Below, piece after piece: positions 37,831-47,500 of a DNA stretch of 64,000 nt (the first letter of the stretch is position 1; each line of letters starts with the position of its first letter). Both the position numbers and the translations under genes were made by a program. The notes below the pieces were generated by a model. The model was not told the origin of the DNA. It worked only from the letters and a program-made list of their open reading frames with translations, and searched no databases. This DNA is from Bacillota bacterium (GTDB taxonomy: Bacteria > Vulcanimicrobiota > JAJTBE01), in NCBI GenBank assembly GCA_021287065.1, contig JAJTBE010000196.1, positions 2,539 to 66,538 of the forward strand, in the 5' to 3' direction.

Positions 37831-38685
37831 TTATTTAATGAAATAATCTGAAATCTTGAGGTAATTCCAGCTTGTTCTGAGGGGATCGAGCCAATAGATG
37901 ATTCCTATGCCCATGTTTCTTCCTGAAAGGTTTGAGCTGAAGAAGATTTCGGGGCTTACTGATATTTTGCCTCTTCCCGGGGGCACTGCTATGGTTGCTG
38001 CAGACCAGCATCTGCCTGTTCCCAGATCTGCCACATCCATAAAGAGAAAATCGATGTAACCGATTTTGCGTGATTTCAGAGAATATTCCATGTCGATTTC
38101 AAACTTTGAAACCTGGTTGGATTTTATCTCAGATCTCTTTTTGGGAGTAACATTGAGATATGTAATCTTATCATTTTCCGCAGCTCTTTTATCGGGGTAA
38201 ATTTTGAATGATCCTGCAATGATGTTTTTGCTGCTTGAAAATGCCAGTTCCTGTCCCTTACTGTTAACAAGGCTTACAACCGCATAAACTTCCTTTATTT
38301 TCTCATCAAGGCCCACTTCAACGGGGTCGGAAACATGAAGGAATACATTGGAGCCTTTTTTTACATTGTAGGTTTTTCTCAGTTTGTTGATTTCGCCGAG
38401 GCTCAGCGATTTCACCTTTTCCCCGCTGTTTGTGCGGTAAAAGTGTACCACTAACTTAGCATCGGGAAGTGATTTAAGGGCGTATTTGATTTCCATTACA
38501 TAGGGAATTTTTACCGGTTTTGGCAGATAGGCAAGACTTCTCGGAGTTATCTTTGTTATCTCCACTGAGTCTATATGGTTTTTGGTAACTGAGCGAACCA
38601 GTTCGGTATCCTTGCAATATCCTGAGGATATCATGGCTGCTGCCATTAAAACCGATAATACTAAAAGACAGAAAAACTTTTTCAT
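37831..38685 (-). CDS. Hypothetical lipoprotein/secreted protein
   Basis: Start set at MKKFFCLLVLSVLMAAAMISSGYC (signal peptide plus Cys). The track extends to 38757. Confidence 0.5.
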   Translation of the reverse strand: MKKFFCLLVLSVLMAAAMISSGYCKDTELVRSVTKNHIDSVEITKITPRSLAYLPKPVKIPYVMEIKYALKSLPDAKLVVHFYRTNSGEKVKSLSLGEINKLRKTYNVKKGSNVFLHVSDPVEVGLDEKIKEVYAVVSLVNSKGQELAFSSSKNIIAGSFKIYPDKRAAENDKITYLNVTPKKRSEIKSNQVSKFEIDMEYSLKSRKIGYIDFLFMDVADLGTGRCWSAATIAVPPGRGKISVSPEIFFSSNLSGRNMGIGIIYWLDPLRTSWNYLKISDYFIK

Positions 38686-38770
38686 TGTGTTCTCCATTGG
38701 TGTCATACTGATTAGACGTTTTACAATATTACTAAGTTTTCCGAATAATTCCTTCAATTTAAGGCGTTAG

Positions 38771-39910
38771 TTAAAACAAAACCCTCACATTGTAAGACAT
38801 TACATCTGCTCCTGCATTCATTGAAGCATCGATCTGAGTTTCATTTAGGGGCGGAAGGGCAGGGAGCTTAACTTCCTTTCTTCCGGCAACCTTTCCGGAG
38901 GCGTCAATTGCTTCAACAGCCACAATCAGAGGTTCAGCTTTGACAGTTCCGTCGTTTCTGAAAGTAAGGCGGATATTGAGCAAGCCTTTTTCGTCTTTCT
39001 GAACTCCATCTTCACGGTAACTGATGATAATTTTCCCATCAGGGGAAATTCCCGCTTTCTGCCAGTCAGAACGCTGATTTCCTCCTGAAATGAGGGTTGC
39101 GGATGAAAGAATAACTTTTTCGGGAAGTTCACCGGATATTTTATTCTTTTTTCTGAATTCAATGAAAGCCTGTTTGTAACTGAGAATTTTCCCGGAAAGG
39201 ACCTGTTTCATACCTGTAAGCATATTCCAGGCTTCCCAGAGATTAATTTCCTCAGGTCTTACATCATAGGGCGCCGCTATGCTTCCAGCCTGTGTAACAA
39301 CAGTCTGTCTTTTTGGGGCAAGGCCCACATTTTCTTTTGAATCCTTTGATGGGTAAAAAGCTGCATCTCCGTTCCAGCAGATAACTTCAACGGAACCGCT
39401 GCCGGTAACTCTCAGTTCAGCTTCGGCGCTTCCGTTTAATGTAAGATACCCCTTTGGTGTTGTTACCTTAACGGTATCTTTATTATCTTCCCTTGTAATC
39501 CAGAGATTGCCTGAAAGAAGTTCGATCTCAACGGAGATTATATCAGTCTTTTTCTCCGCAACAACATCTTTGAATTTAAACCTTGCACCGTTCCCTGCTC
39601 TTACGGAAATGGAACTGCCTGCAATAAAGATATTTCTTTCACAATCAACAGGAATCATGATGGTTCTTCCTGTCTGAACCTGATCCCCTTTGCTTATCAT
39701 ACCGGCTGTTTCCACAACCCTGACAGGTTTTTCCGCGTAGTAAAGAACAGGGCTTAAAACCGTATAGCTGCTCCTGTAGATATGATTGAGAATAAACCAG
39801 CCTGTGGTAACAATAACCACAACAATAATGATAAGAACAGGCAGACTTGATTTGCTTTTGCGTTTGACCTTGATGTTGCCATAGATTGTTTTCGGACCTT
39901 TATTAAACAA
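38771..39910 (-). CDS. Signal-anchored FecR-like domain protein
   Basis: N-terminal TM (LPVLIIIVVVIVTTGWFIL). Beta-rich periplasmic region. FecR-like is a weak call. Confidence 0.45.
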   Translation of the reverse strand: MFNKGPKTIYGNIKVKRKSKSSLPVLIIIVVVIVTTGWFILNHIYRSSYTVLSPVLYYAEKPVRVVETAGMISKGDQVQTGRTIMIPVDCERNIFIAGSSISVRAGNGARFKFKDVVAEKKTDIISVEIELLSGNLWITREDNKDTVKVTTPKGYLTLNGSAEAELRVTGSGSVEVICWNGDAAFYPSKDSKENVGLAPKRQTVVTQAGSIAAPYDVRPEEINLWEAWNMLTGMKQVLSGKILSYKQAFIEFRKKNKISGELPEKVILSSATLISGGNQRSDWQKAGISPDGKIIISYREDGVQKDEKGLLNIRLTFRNDGTVKAEPLIVAVEAIDASGKVAGRKEVKLPALPPLNETQIDASMNAGADVMSYNVRVLF

Positions 39911-39995
39911 AAGAGCCTCCGGTTTTATTTATATTTTTGATACCGGTAAGTAACAGTTCTATAAATATTACATCCGAAGCTCTTTTTTTTCAAGG

Positions 39996-41363
39996 TTAAT
40001 CTTTGCCCATTCTCTCTTTTGCAGAAGAACCAAGAACATTGACAATATCCCTGGGATGGGAATACTGGGGTGAATAAGCCAGATCGAGTGATTCGAGATC
40101 TTCTGCGGTCATGCCCGCTGTAATGGCGGTGGCAAGAACATCAATCCGCTTGTCGGCACCTTCCTCGCCTACAACCTGTGCGCCGAGGAGTTTGCCTGTC
40201 TGTTTTCTGAAGATTCCCTTGAGGTGAATGGGTTTTGAACCCGGATAATAACCGGCATGGGAAGAGGAATTTATCATTATTGTAAAATAATCGAGACCTT
40301 CTTCCAGAATTTCCTTTTCGGTTATTCCCGTTCTTGCGGCAGCAAGTCCGTCGAATGCAACGATAGATGTGCGGAGAACTCCGGCAAATCTCATAAAACC
40401 ACCGGCTGCATTACATCCCGCAACCTTACCCTGCTGGTTGGCAGGTCCAGCAAGGGGCGACCATGACGGAGAACCGGTAACGATATTCATTGATTCAACC
40501 GCATCACCGGCAGCATAGATATCAGGGTCTGAAGTGCACATATAATCATCGGTGGAAATTCCGAATTTTCCTATGTTAAGACCTGCATCAACAGCAAGTT
40601 TTATATTTGGCCTTACACCGAGGCTCATTATGATAAGATCCGCATCTGCCCATCTTCCGTCGGCAGAACAGACCCTGCGGGGTGTTCCTCCGCCGCCGGC
40701 GTCAATCCTTTCAACAGGAGAACCCTTAAATATATGCACGCCTTTTTCTTTCATACGATTTTCGATAAACTGGGCGATTTCGGGATCAAAAGGAGGCAGA
40801 ATCTGTGGAGCCATTTCAAAAACCGATGTATTAAGGCCTCTTTTGCAAAGGACATCGGCTGCTTCTATTCCGATATATCCTCCGCCTATTACCACCGCAG
40901 AAACGGGAGAATTGTTGCGGATATAGTCTTCTATGGAATCCACATCGGGTATGGTTCTCAGTGAAAATATTCCCGGACCGTCTATTCCCGGAAGCTTTGG
41001 TATAATTGTGGATGCTCCTGTTGCAATAATGAGCTTATCATACTCATACTGCCAGGTTGTGCCGTCGGTAAGATTTTTTACATCAAGTTTTCTTGAATGC
41101 CTCTGAATTGCAGTTACTTCAGTATTTACAAAAACTTCAATTCCGTATTTTTCTTTAAGATCAGCGGGGCGTCGGACAATAAGCCTGCCTCTGTCCCTGA
41201 CTTCGCCGCTTATATAATAGGGAAGCCCGCAGCCTGCAAAGGAAATATACGGACCTTTTTCAAATATTGTAATTTCAGCATCGGGATTTGTGCGAGCTGC
41301 TTTTCCTGCTGCGGATGCTCCTGCAGCTACTCCTCCTATAATTGCAATTCTTATTTTTTTCAT
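39996..41363 (-). CDS. CoA-disulfide reductase / NADH oxidase family pyridine nucleotide-disulfide oxidoreductase
   Basis: FAD motif IAIIGGVAAGASAAG. Active-site SFAGCGLPYY single-Cys motif of the CoADR/Nox/Npx family. Second Rossmann motif VIGGGYIGIE. Confidence 0.8.
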   Translation of the reverse strand: MKKIRIAIIGGVAAGASAAGKAARTNPDAEITIFEKGPYISFAGCGLPYYISGEVRDRGRLIVRRPADLKEKYGIEVFVNTEVTAIQRHSRKLDVKNLTDGTTWQYEYDKLIIATGASTIIPKLPGIDGPGIFSLRTIPDVDSIEDYIRNNSPVSAVVIGGGYIGIEAADVLCKRGLNTSVFEMAPQILPPFDPEIAQFIENRMKEKGVHIFKGSPVERIDAGGGGTPRRVCSADGRWADADLIIMSLGVRPNIKLAVDAGLNIGKFGISTDDYMCTSDPDIYAAGDAVESMNIVTGSPSWSPLAGPANQQGKVAGCNAAGGFMRFAGVLRTSIVAFDGLAAARTGITEKEILEEGLDYFTIMINSSSHAGYYPGSKPIHLKGIFRKQTGKLLGAQVVGEEGADKRIDVLATAITAGMTAEDLESLDLAYSPQYSHPRDIVNVLGSSAKERMGKD

Positions 41364-41387
41364 AATTGATTCCGCCTTATCCAGAGT

Positions 41388-42623
41388 TTAATCGGGAGTT
41401 CTGAATTCTATAAAGTTTCTGACATAAAGTGAATAGATAAAAGACAGTGCTCCATCACCAAATTTTTTCTGTATTACTCCCAAACTTGTTTTTCCATCAA
41501 GGGATTTGAGAATTTTTTCAGCTCTTTTATGAACCGGAATAACCTGAGTTCCATGAATCAAAGCCCATCCGAAGTCTTCAGCTCTTGCAGCATAACGGGG
41601 CACCGGGCAGAGGTTTTCTTCAAGGGTTACTTCCAGAACCGGCGGATTATCGGGTTTTGTAACAGGTCCGCAAATCAGGGGATCCATTGGTTTTTCATCC
41701 AGATCAGCCACAACTTTGCAACCGCCGGGGCAATTTGAAATTTTGAGGCATTTTTTGCATTCCTTCGGAATTCGCTGCCGCCATTTTCTCATAACAGGGG
41801 ACTGCCACACAGCTTTTACTTCCTGTTTGAACAGATTTCCGGCTATTACCGATGAATGATCACAGGGGCGCATATTTCCGCAGGGATCGATGGTTGAGTA
41901 GGTGATTCCCGCAAAACAGCCTGAGGATGATGAAGGGAAGTGGCAGTGAGGTATGCAGTTGCCCACAAGAACATTGTAACCGAGAGCTTTAAGCTCTTCC
42001 ACTTTTTCACAGGCTTTTTTAAGCTCTTCAGGGGTGATGCTCAGATCATCCCTGTGTTTTCCGATATATCTTGAGAAAATGGAATACTGGGCGCCGAGAT
42101 CAACGGCAAGCTCTGCTATTTCCTCGATGTGATCGATGTTTTTCTTAGTCAGAACCGTATTGGTGTTTACATTATATCCTGCAGCGTAGGTAAGTCTGAG
42201 GTTGTCCAGAACTTTATCGAAATCTGCGGGGTTTTTGGAACCGGTAAATGCATTATGGGCTTCTGCCGTATTTCCATGAAGGGAAAAGAGGATAGTGTTT
42301 ACATGTCCGCATTTCATCAGTCCTTCGAGGATGCGGTCGGTGTTATCCCAAACTCCGTTTGTGAAAATATGATAGAATTTTCCTGTTTTTTCAAGAACAG
42401 CAAGAATGTCAAAGAAGTTGGGGTTTTCCGTAGGTTCGCCGCCTGTAACCCTGTATTCCTGAACATATTTGTCGAGTTTATTGATTACCCGCTCCCAGCC
42501 TGTAACGCTCAGGGGTTCTCCCTTTGCGCCCTCAAAAGTCCGGGGACAGTTCGGGCAGTTTCCGTATGAACATTTATCCGATATTTCCAGTGATGCAATT
42601 ACCGGTCCACCTAATTCAAGCAT
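41388..42623 (-). CDS. Radical SAM / SPASM-domain enzyme with a C-terminal PqqD-like (RRE-like) domain
   Basis: N-terminal Cys cluster CSYGNCPNCP (CX4CX2CX2C, non-canonical spacing). GGEPTENP SAM-binding motif. C-terminal Cys-rich SPASM region (CIPHCHF...GC...DPCGNMRPC...CKKCLKISNCPGGC). The last ~60 aa (AEKILKSLDGKTSLGVIQKKFGDG) resemble a PqqD/RRE peptide-binding domain. Confidence 0.7.
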   Translation of the reverse strand: MLELGGPVIASLEISDKCSYGNCPNCPRTFEGAKGEPLSVTGWERVINKLDKYVQEYRVTGGEPTENPNFFDILAVLEKTGKFYHIFTNGVWDNTDRILEGLMKCGHVNTILFSLHGNTAEAHNAFTGSKNPADFDKVLDNLRLTYAAGYNVNTNTVLTKKNIDHIEEIAELAVDLGAQYSIFSRYIGKHRDDLSITPEELKKACEKVEELKALGYNVLVGNCIPHCHFPSSSSGCFAGITYSTIDPCGNMRPCDHSSVIAGNLFKQEVKAVWQSPVMRKWRQRIPKECKKCLKISNCPGGCKVVADLDEKPMDPLICGPVTKPDNPPVLEVTLEENLCPVPRYAARAEDFGWALIHGTQVIPVHKRAEKILKSLDGKTSLGVIQKKFGDGALSFIYSLYVRNFIEFRTPD

Positions 42624-42633
42624 TGTTTCTCCT

Positions 42634-43386
42634 TCAGACTCTCTTTTTTCCGGTTTTTTTCATATAATCCCAAAGATCTTTGAGATGTTTGAGATAATTG
42701 AGTATGGCGCCTTTACCCAGCTTACTTTTGCCTTTTTCCCTGTCTCTGAAAATATAGGCAAATTCTTTCCATTTGTTGTGTTTGCCTTTAATGATAACCT
42801 CAAGGACTATTTTCCAGCCGATTGGGTTCAGATCTACACCGTCGATAACATTTTTTCTGAAAAGGCAGAATCCTGATGTAATGTCTTTTACCCTTGTGAG
42901 GGGAGTTCCCATCATTACCGCAGTTTTCGAAATAAATCTTCTTATAAAGGGCCAGTCTTTGGTTCCGCCTCCGGGAATATATCGGCTTCCGATAGCCAGA
43001 TCGCACTCTCCGGATTGTATGGATCTTACCATAGCGGGCAGAATCGCCGCATCATGGCTTCCATCGGCATCCATAACTCCGAGGATTTCGCCGTTGGCTG
43101 CAGCCCAGCCGTCTATAACCGCTGATGAAAGTCCACGCTTCCCTACCCTGCGGATAACCATCAGGTTGTATTTTGATTTTAAACTTTCGCAGAATTCCCA
43201 GGTTTTGTCCGGCGAATCGTCGTCAACGATTACCACTTCACCGTTTATTCCAGCTTCTCCGAGGTGTTTGGAGATTACAGCTATCTGATCTTCTATGCCT
43301 TCCCGTTCGTTGTATGAGGGAATAATTATTGATACTTCAACTCTGCCTTTTCCGGCAGTTTTTTCTTTATCACCGTCAGCACTCAT
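42634..43386 (-). CDS. Family 2 glycosyltransferase (DPM1/GtrB-like)
   Basis: VSIIIPSYNEREGIE, VVIVDDDSPDKT and DADGSHD motifs. Confidence 0.8.
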   Translation of the reverse strand: MSADGDKEKTAGKGRVEVSIIIPSYNEREGIEDQIAVISKHLGEAGINGEVVIVDDDSPDKTWEFCESLKSKYNLMVIRRVGKRGLSSAVIDGWAAANGEILGVMDADGSHDAAILPAMVRSIQSGECDLAIGSRYIPGGGTKDWPFIRRFISKTAVMMGTPLTRVKDITSGFCLFRKNVIDGVDLNPIGWKIVLEVIIKGKHNKWKEFAYIFRDREKGKSKLGKGAILNYLKHLKDLWDYMKKTGKKRV

Positions 43387-43404
43387 CCGATTTTTATCCT
43401 CCGG

Positions 43405-43869
43405 TTAAAGGGAAATTACTTTCCACGCATTCATTATAGTTTCACAGATTTCATCCATACTTGCTACAAATCCGACATGAATATCATTGGCAGAGCCGAA
43501 TTCGTCAGCAGATGAAATACATACCATTATCTTGGATCCCAACTCTTCAAGAACAATGAGTTTATCAAGGGATTCGGTTTTTCCGTAAGCCATCTTCACA
43601 GCAGAATTGAGCAGTATGATGGCTCTCGGTTTGACAGGCCCGTTTATCATAGCCTGCAGAAAGAGATACATCAGCTTTTTTCCAAGAATCTCATTGCCTG
43701 AACCTATAGTATCGGAGCCAAAAACAACAACAATATTTTTCACCTGGGAAGGTTCCGACAGTTTCTGGGGACGAACTTCCTCGAATTCGGAATAATCTCC
43801 CCGGATCATCCGAAGATAATAATTCAGGTCTGTTTCCTGAAATGTTGGGGGCAACCTGTTCTCGGTCAT
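43405..43869 (-). CDS. DsrE/TusD-like sulfur-relay-fold protein with a 45-aa N-terminal extension
   Basis: KNIVVVFGSD ... AIILLNSAV ... KIMVCISSADEFG mirrors the TusD/DsrE beta-alpha pattern with the conserved Cys. Confidence 0.5.
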   Translation of the reverse strand: MTENRLPPTFQETDLNYYLRMIRGDYSEFEEVRPQKLSEPSQVKNIVVVFGSDTIGSGNEILGKKLMYLFLQAMINGPVKPRAIILLNSAVKMAYGKTESLDKLIVLEELGSKIMVCISSADEFGSANDIHVGFVASMDEICETIMNAWKVISL

Positions 43870-44372
43870 TTCGCTTCCTCCCGGTTACTCCGGATTTTGC
43901 TTCGATTCGATGCAATTTCTGCCGCCCACTCCACCGCTTCTTCCGGACTGTCAAAATACCTGATAGGAGCGGATTGTCCGTTTTCATCGGTTATACGGAA
44001 TGTCCCTATACCGGCAACAGGCTTCCCCCATTTCAGGGCGTATGCTATTTCCGACAAAGTTCCGTAAGAACCGCTGATGGCAATCAGCACATCACTGCAT
44101 TTTACAACTATACTGTTACGGGCTTCTCCGAAGCCTGTGGGGATGGAGTAACTGAGATAAGGGTTTGCCCCGGTACGGTCGTCCCCAGGCAGTATGCCTA
44201 TAACCGTGCCTCCCGCATCTCTTGCGCCTCTGGAGGCATGTTCCATTACTCCTTCAAGTCCGCCGCAGTATAATACAGCTCCGGTGCGGGCAACAGCAAA
44301 CCCGGCGCGGTAGGCTATGCCGCCCGTGCTGCTATTGCATTGGCCTGCACCAATAATGCCAATATTAATCAT
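43866..44372 (-). CDS. LOG / TIGR00725-family Rossmann protein
   Basis: INIGIIGAG ... VLYCGGLEGVMEHASRGARDAGGTVIGILP ... ISGSYGTLSE (PGGxGTxxE-like). Confidence 0.7.
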   Translation of the reverse strand: MINIGIIGAGQCNSSTGGIAYRAGFAVARTGAVLYCGGLEGVMEHASRGARDAGGTVIGILPGDDRTGANPYLSYSIPTGFGEARNSIVVKCSDVLIAISGSYGTLSEIAYALKWGKPVAGIGTFRITDENGQSAPIRYFDSPEEAVEWAAEIASNRSKIRSNREEAK

Positions 44373-44595
44373 ATTTTTTTATTCGCCGGTATGTATATCT
44401 ATCCTTCAACAGCAGCAAATCATCATTATTCCCTACAGAATGAATTTTAAAGGATATTCACACAGTTTCACTAATTATTCTGAAGTTGGGAATATATTGT
44501 TCTCTTATTAAATTGTGTGGTTTTATGGTTATCAGGGATGATTTCAGAACAATATATAGAATAAACGATATAGCCAAAAAAATCCGGAGGCTCCT

Positions 44596-47500
44596 GTGAT
44601 AGATGAATCTCAAAAACCATCACTGCTACATATAGATGACAGTAAGGATTTTCTTGATATCTTCTCAATGACTTTCAGGAAGCAGTTTTCGCTTACTTCT
44701 GTTCTGTCAGGAAGCGAAGCTCTGGAAAAACTCAGAAACAATTCTTATGATCTGATTATTTCCGATTACGAAATGCCAATGATGGACGGACTTACCCTTC
44801 TTAAAAGCGTACGGCAGTTGTACCCTGATATTCCTATTGTTTTTCTCACAGGTCAGGGAAACGAGAGAGTGGCAAGAGAAGCTTTTATTAACGGAGCATC
44901 GGACTATTTCACAAAAGATCTCTATGGCTTTGCTTCAAAAGAGAAGCTTTCAAACAGTATAAACACCCTTCTGGAAAAGAGAAAAGCGGAGATCGCCCTC
45001 CAGAGAACCCACGAACGGCTGGGTTATATCATAAAACACGATCCAAACGCCATTGCTGTTTTTGACAATTTTATGAACTATGTTTTTGTCAGCGACAGAT
45101 TTATCAAAGATTACAGGCTTTCATCAGGAGATATTATCGGAAAAAACCATTATGAAATCTTTCCGGAAATACCTGAGGAGTGGAAGGAAATTCATAGAAA
45201 AGTCCTCTCCGGTATGATAATCAGTGCAGATGAAGATATTCTGGTAAGACAGGATGGAACACAGGACTTTATAAAATGGGAATGCCGGCCCTGGTGGGAA
45301 ACACCGGACAAAATCGGCGGCATGATCATGTACACGGAAGTTATTACTGACAGAAAGAAGACTGAAATCAAACTGCGGCAGTCGGAAGAACTATACCGTA
45401 AACTGGTTAATACTTCACCCGACAGTATATGCATCACCGATTTGCAGGGAAATCTTTTATTTGGTTCACTCCGGGCTTATGAAATGCTGGGATATTCCAT
45501 TGAAGACAATGTAATGGGAACAAGCCCAATTATGATGGTGATTCCCGAAGACAGAGAAGCAGCTTATATAAATATGATGAAGATTATGTCCGGAGAAGTA
45601 ATCGGTTCAAATGAATACCGGATGTACAAGAAAGACGGATCATTAATTTACACTGAAATCAACACAACTCCTTTATTCGATGACGACGGAAAAATCAATT
45701 CACTCCTTTCCGTTATCCGTGATGTTACGGAAAGAAAGAAGATTGAAAACAAGATTGTTCACCTCAATAAGGTTCTCAAAGCTATAAGGCATGTCAATCA
45801 GATTATCGTAAAGGAAAAAGAGCCGGACAAACTGATACAGGAAGTCTGTAAAACTCTTATTGAAACCAGGGGCTATGATTTTGCCTGGATATTCACTCTG
45901 GACAGCAAAGGGAATCCGGAGAGGTCGTATGAAGCTGGACTCAGTGAGGAATTCCACAATATAATCAATAATTGTGAAAAAGGCGATATTCTGTCGTGTC
46001 TCAGAAAGATCACGGATGTTTCCGATCCGGTATTAAGCACCCAGTTCAGCGAAACATGCCCGACTTGCCCGGTAAGGGCGATTTACAGGTCAAATCCCGG
46101 AATTCTGGCTAAAATAGAGCACGAAGACAAGCTTTACGGGTATATTTCCGTATCGATCCCCGACATCATCAACATAGATGAAGAGGAAACGGAACTGTTC
46201 AGAGAAGTAGCGGGAGATGTGGGATATGCAATCCACAATATAAAAACCGCAGAAGAAAAGAAAAATACAAGAATTGAACTGAGAAAAGAGCGGGATATGT
46301 TCCGGAAGTATATGGATATTTCCGGCGTGATGATGCTGGCTTTGGATCAAAAAGGCAATATCACACTTATCAACTCAAGAGGCTGCGAAATTCTCGGGTA
46401 CAGACACGAAGAACTTATGGGTAAAAACTGGTTTGACATCTGTATTCCCGATGAAATCAGAGAATCTCTGAGAAATACATATCTCAAAACAATTAAAAGA
46501 GAAAGCAGCAATCCCAATTATTTCGAAGACCATGGTTTTCACAGCAACAGTATTATAACCCGGCAGGGAATCATCAGGGAGATTTCCTGGCATAACTCCA
46601 TGCTGAAGAACGAAAACGGGGAAATCGGAGGGGTTGTCTGTTCAGGCCTTGATATTACAGATATTAATTCCCTGAAAGAAGACTCCGCAAAAGACAGGCT
46701 TCTTATCGACAGTCTGCTTGAAATTAGCCCTGCGAGTATTGTGGTTCTCAACAGGGAAGGTTTGATTACATATGCAAATATTCAGGCTGAGGAACTGCTG
46801 AAAGTAAGGAAGGACTCTATTGTTTCCCTTTATTACAATGCACCGGAGTTTAAAATTACCGACTTTGATAAAAATCCTTATCCGAATGAAAAACTGCCTT
46901 TCAATATTGTTAAAAACACTCAGAAACCGGTATTTAATGTTGAACACTGCATAATCGGAGATGACGAAAGTGTAAAATACCTCTCTATAAACGCAGCCCC
47001 GCTTTTCGACGGTTCCGGCAACTGGGACGGAGTGCTTGCCGTTATTCAGGATATATCAAACCAGATTCTTGTCAAAAAAGACATAGAAAATCTGATGGAG
47101 TTTTACCGCACAATAATCGAGACAACTGGTACAGCCATAATGGTCTTTGGCGACGATTGTATAATCACTCATTCAAACCGGGAAATGGAAAAACTCTCGG
47201 GATTTCCCCTTGATGAAGTCATCAACAAAAAACGCTGGTCTGATTTCGTAACCGGTCCTGATCTTGTAAAGATGCAGGAATACCACAAACTCAGAGGAGA
47301 TCATTCCGATGAAGCTCCGAGGAAATACGATTTTGTGTTTATTGACAGACACGGAACCGCCAAACATGTAATGATAAACATTACCCTTATTCCCAACACA
47401 AGAATGAGAGTAGCTTCGCTTATCAACATTACGGAACAGAAGAGAAGCGAGGCAATGTACAAAGCTATGTTTGACAACACAGCTATGGCTATGGTCCTCT

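Noticed and set aside
44471-44668. 65-aa minus ORF upstream of the LOG-like gene, considered as a possible precursor peptide for the radical SAM enzyme
   Set aside because: It overlaps the start of the 1482-aa histidine kinase gene by about 70 nt on the opposite strand and has no convincing RBS. No Cys/Ser/Thr-rich core typical of rSAM-SPASM substrates is present.
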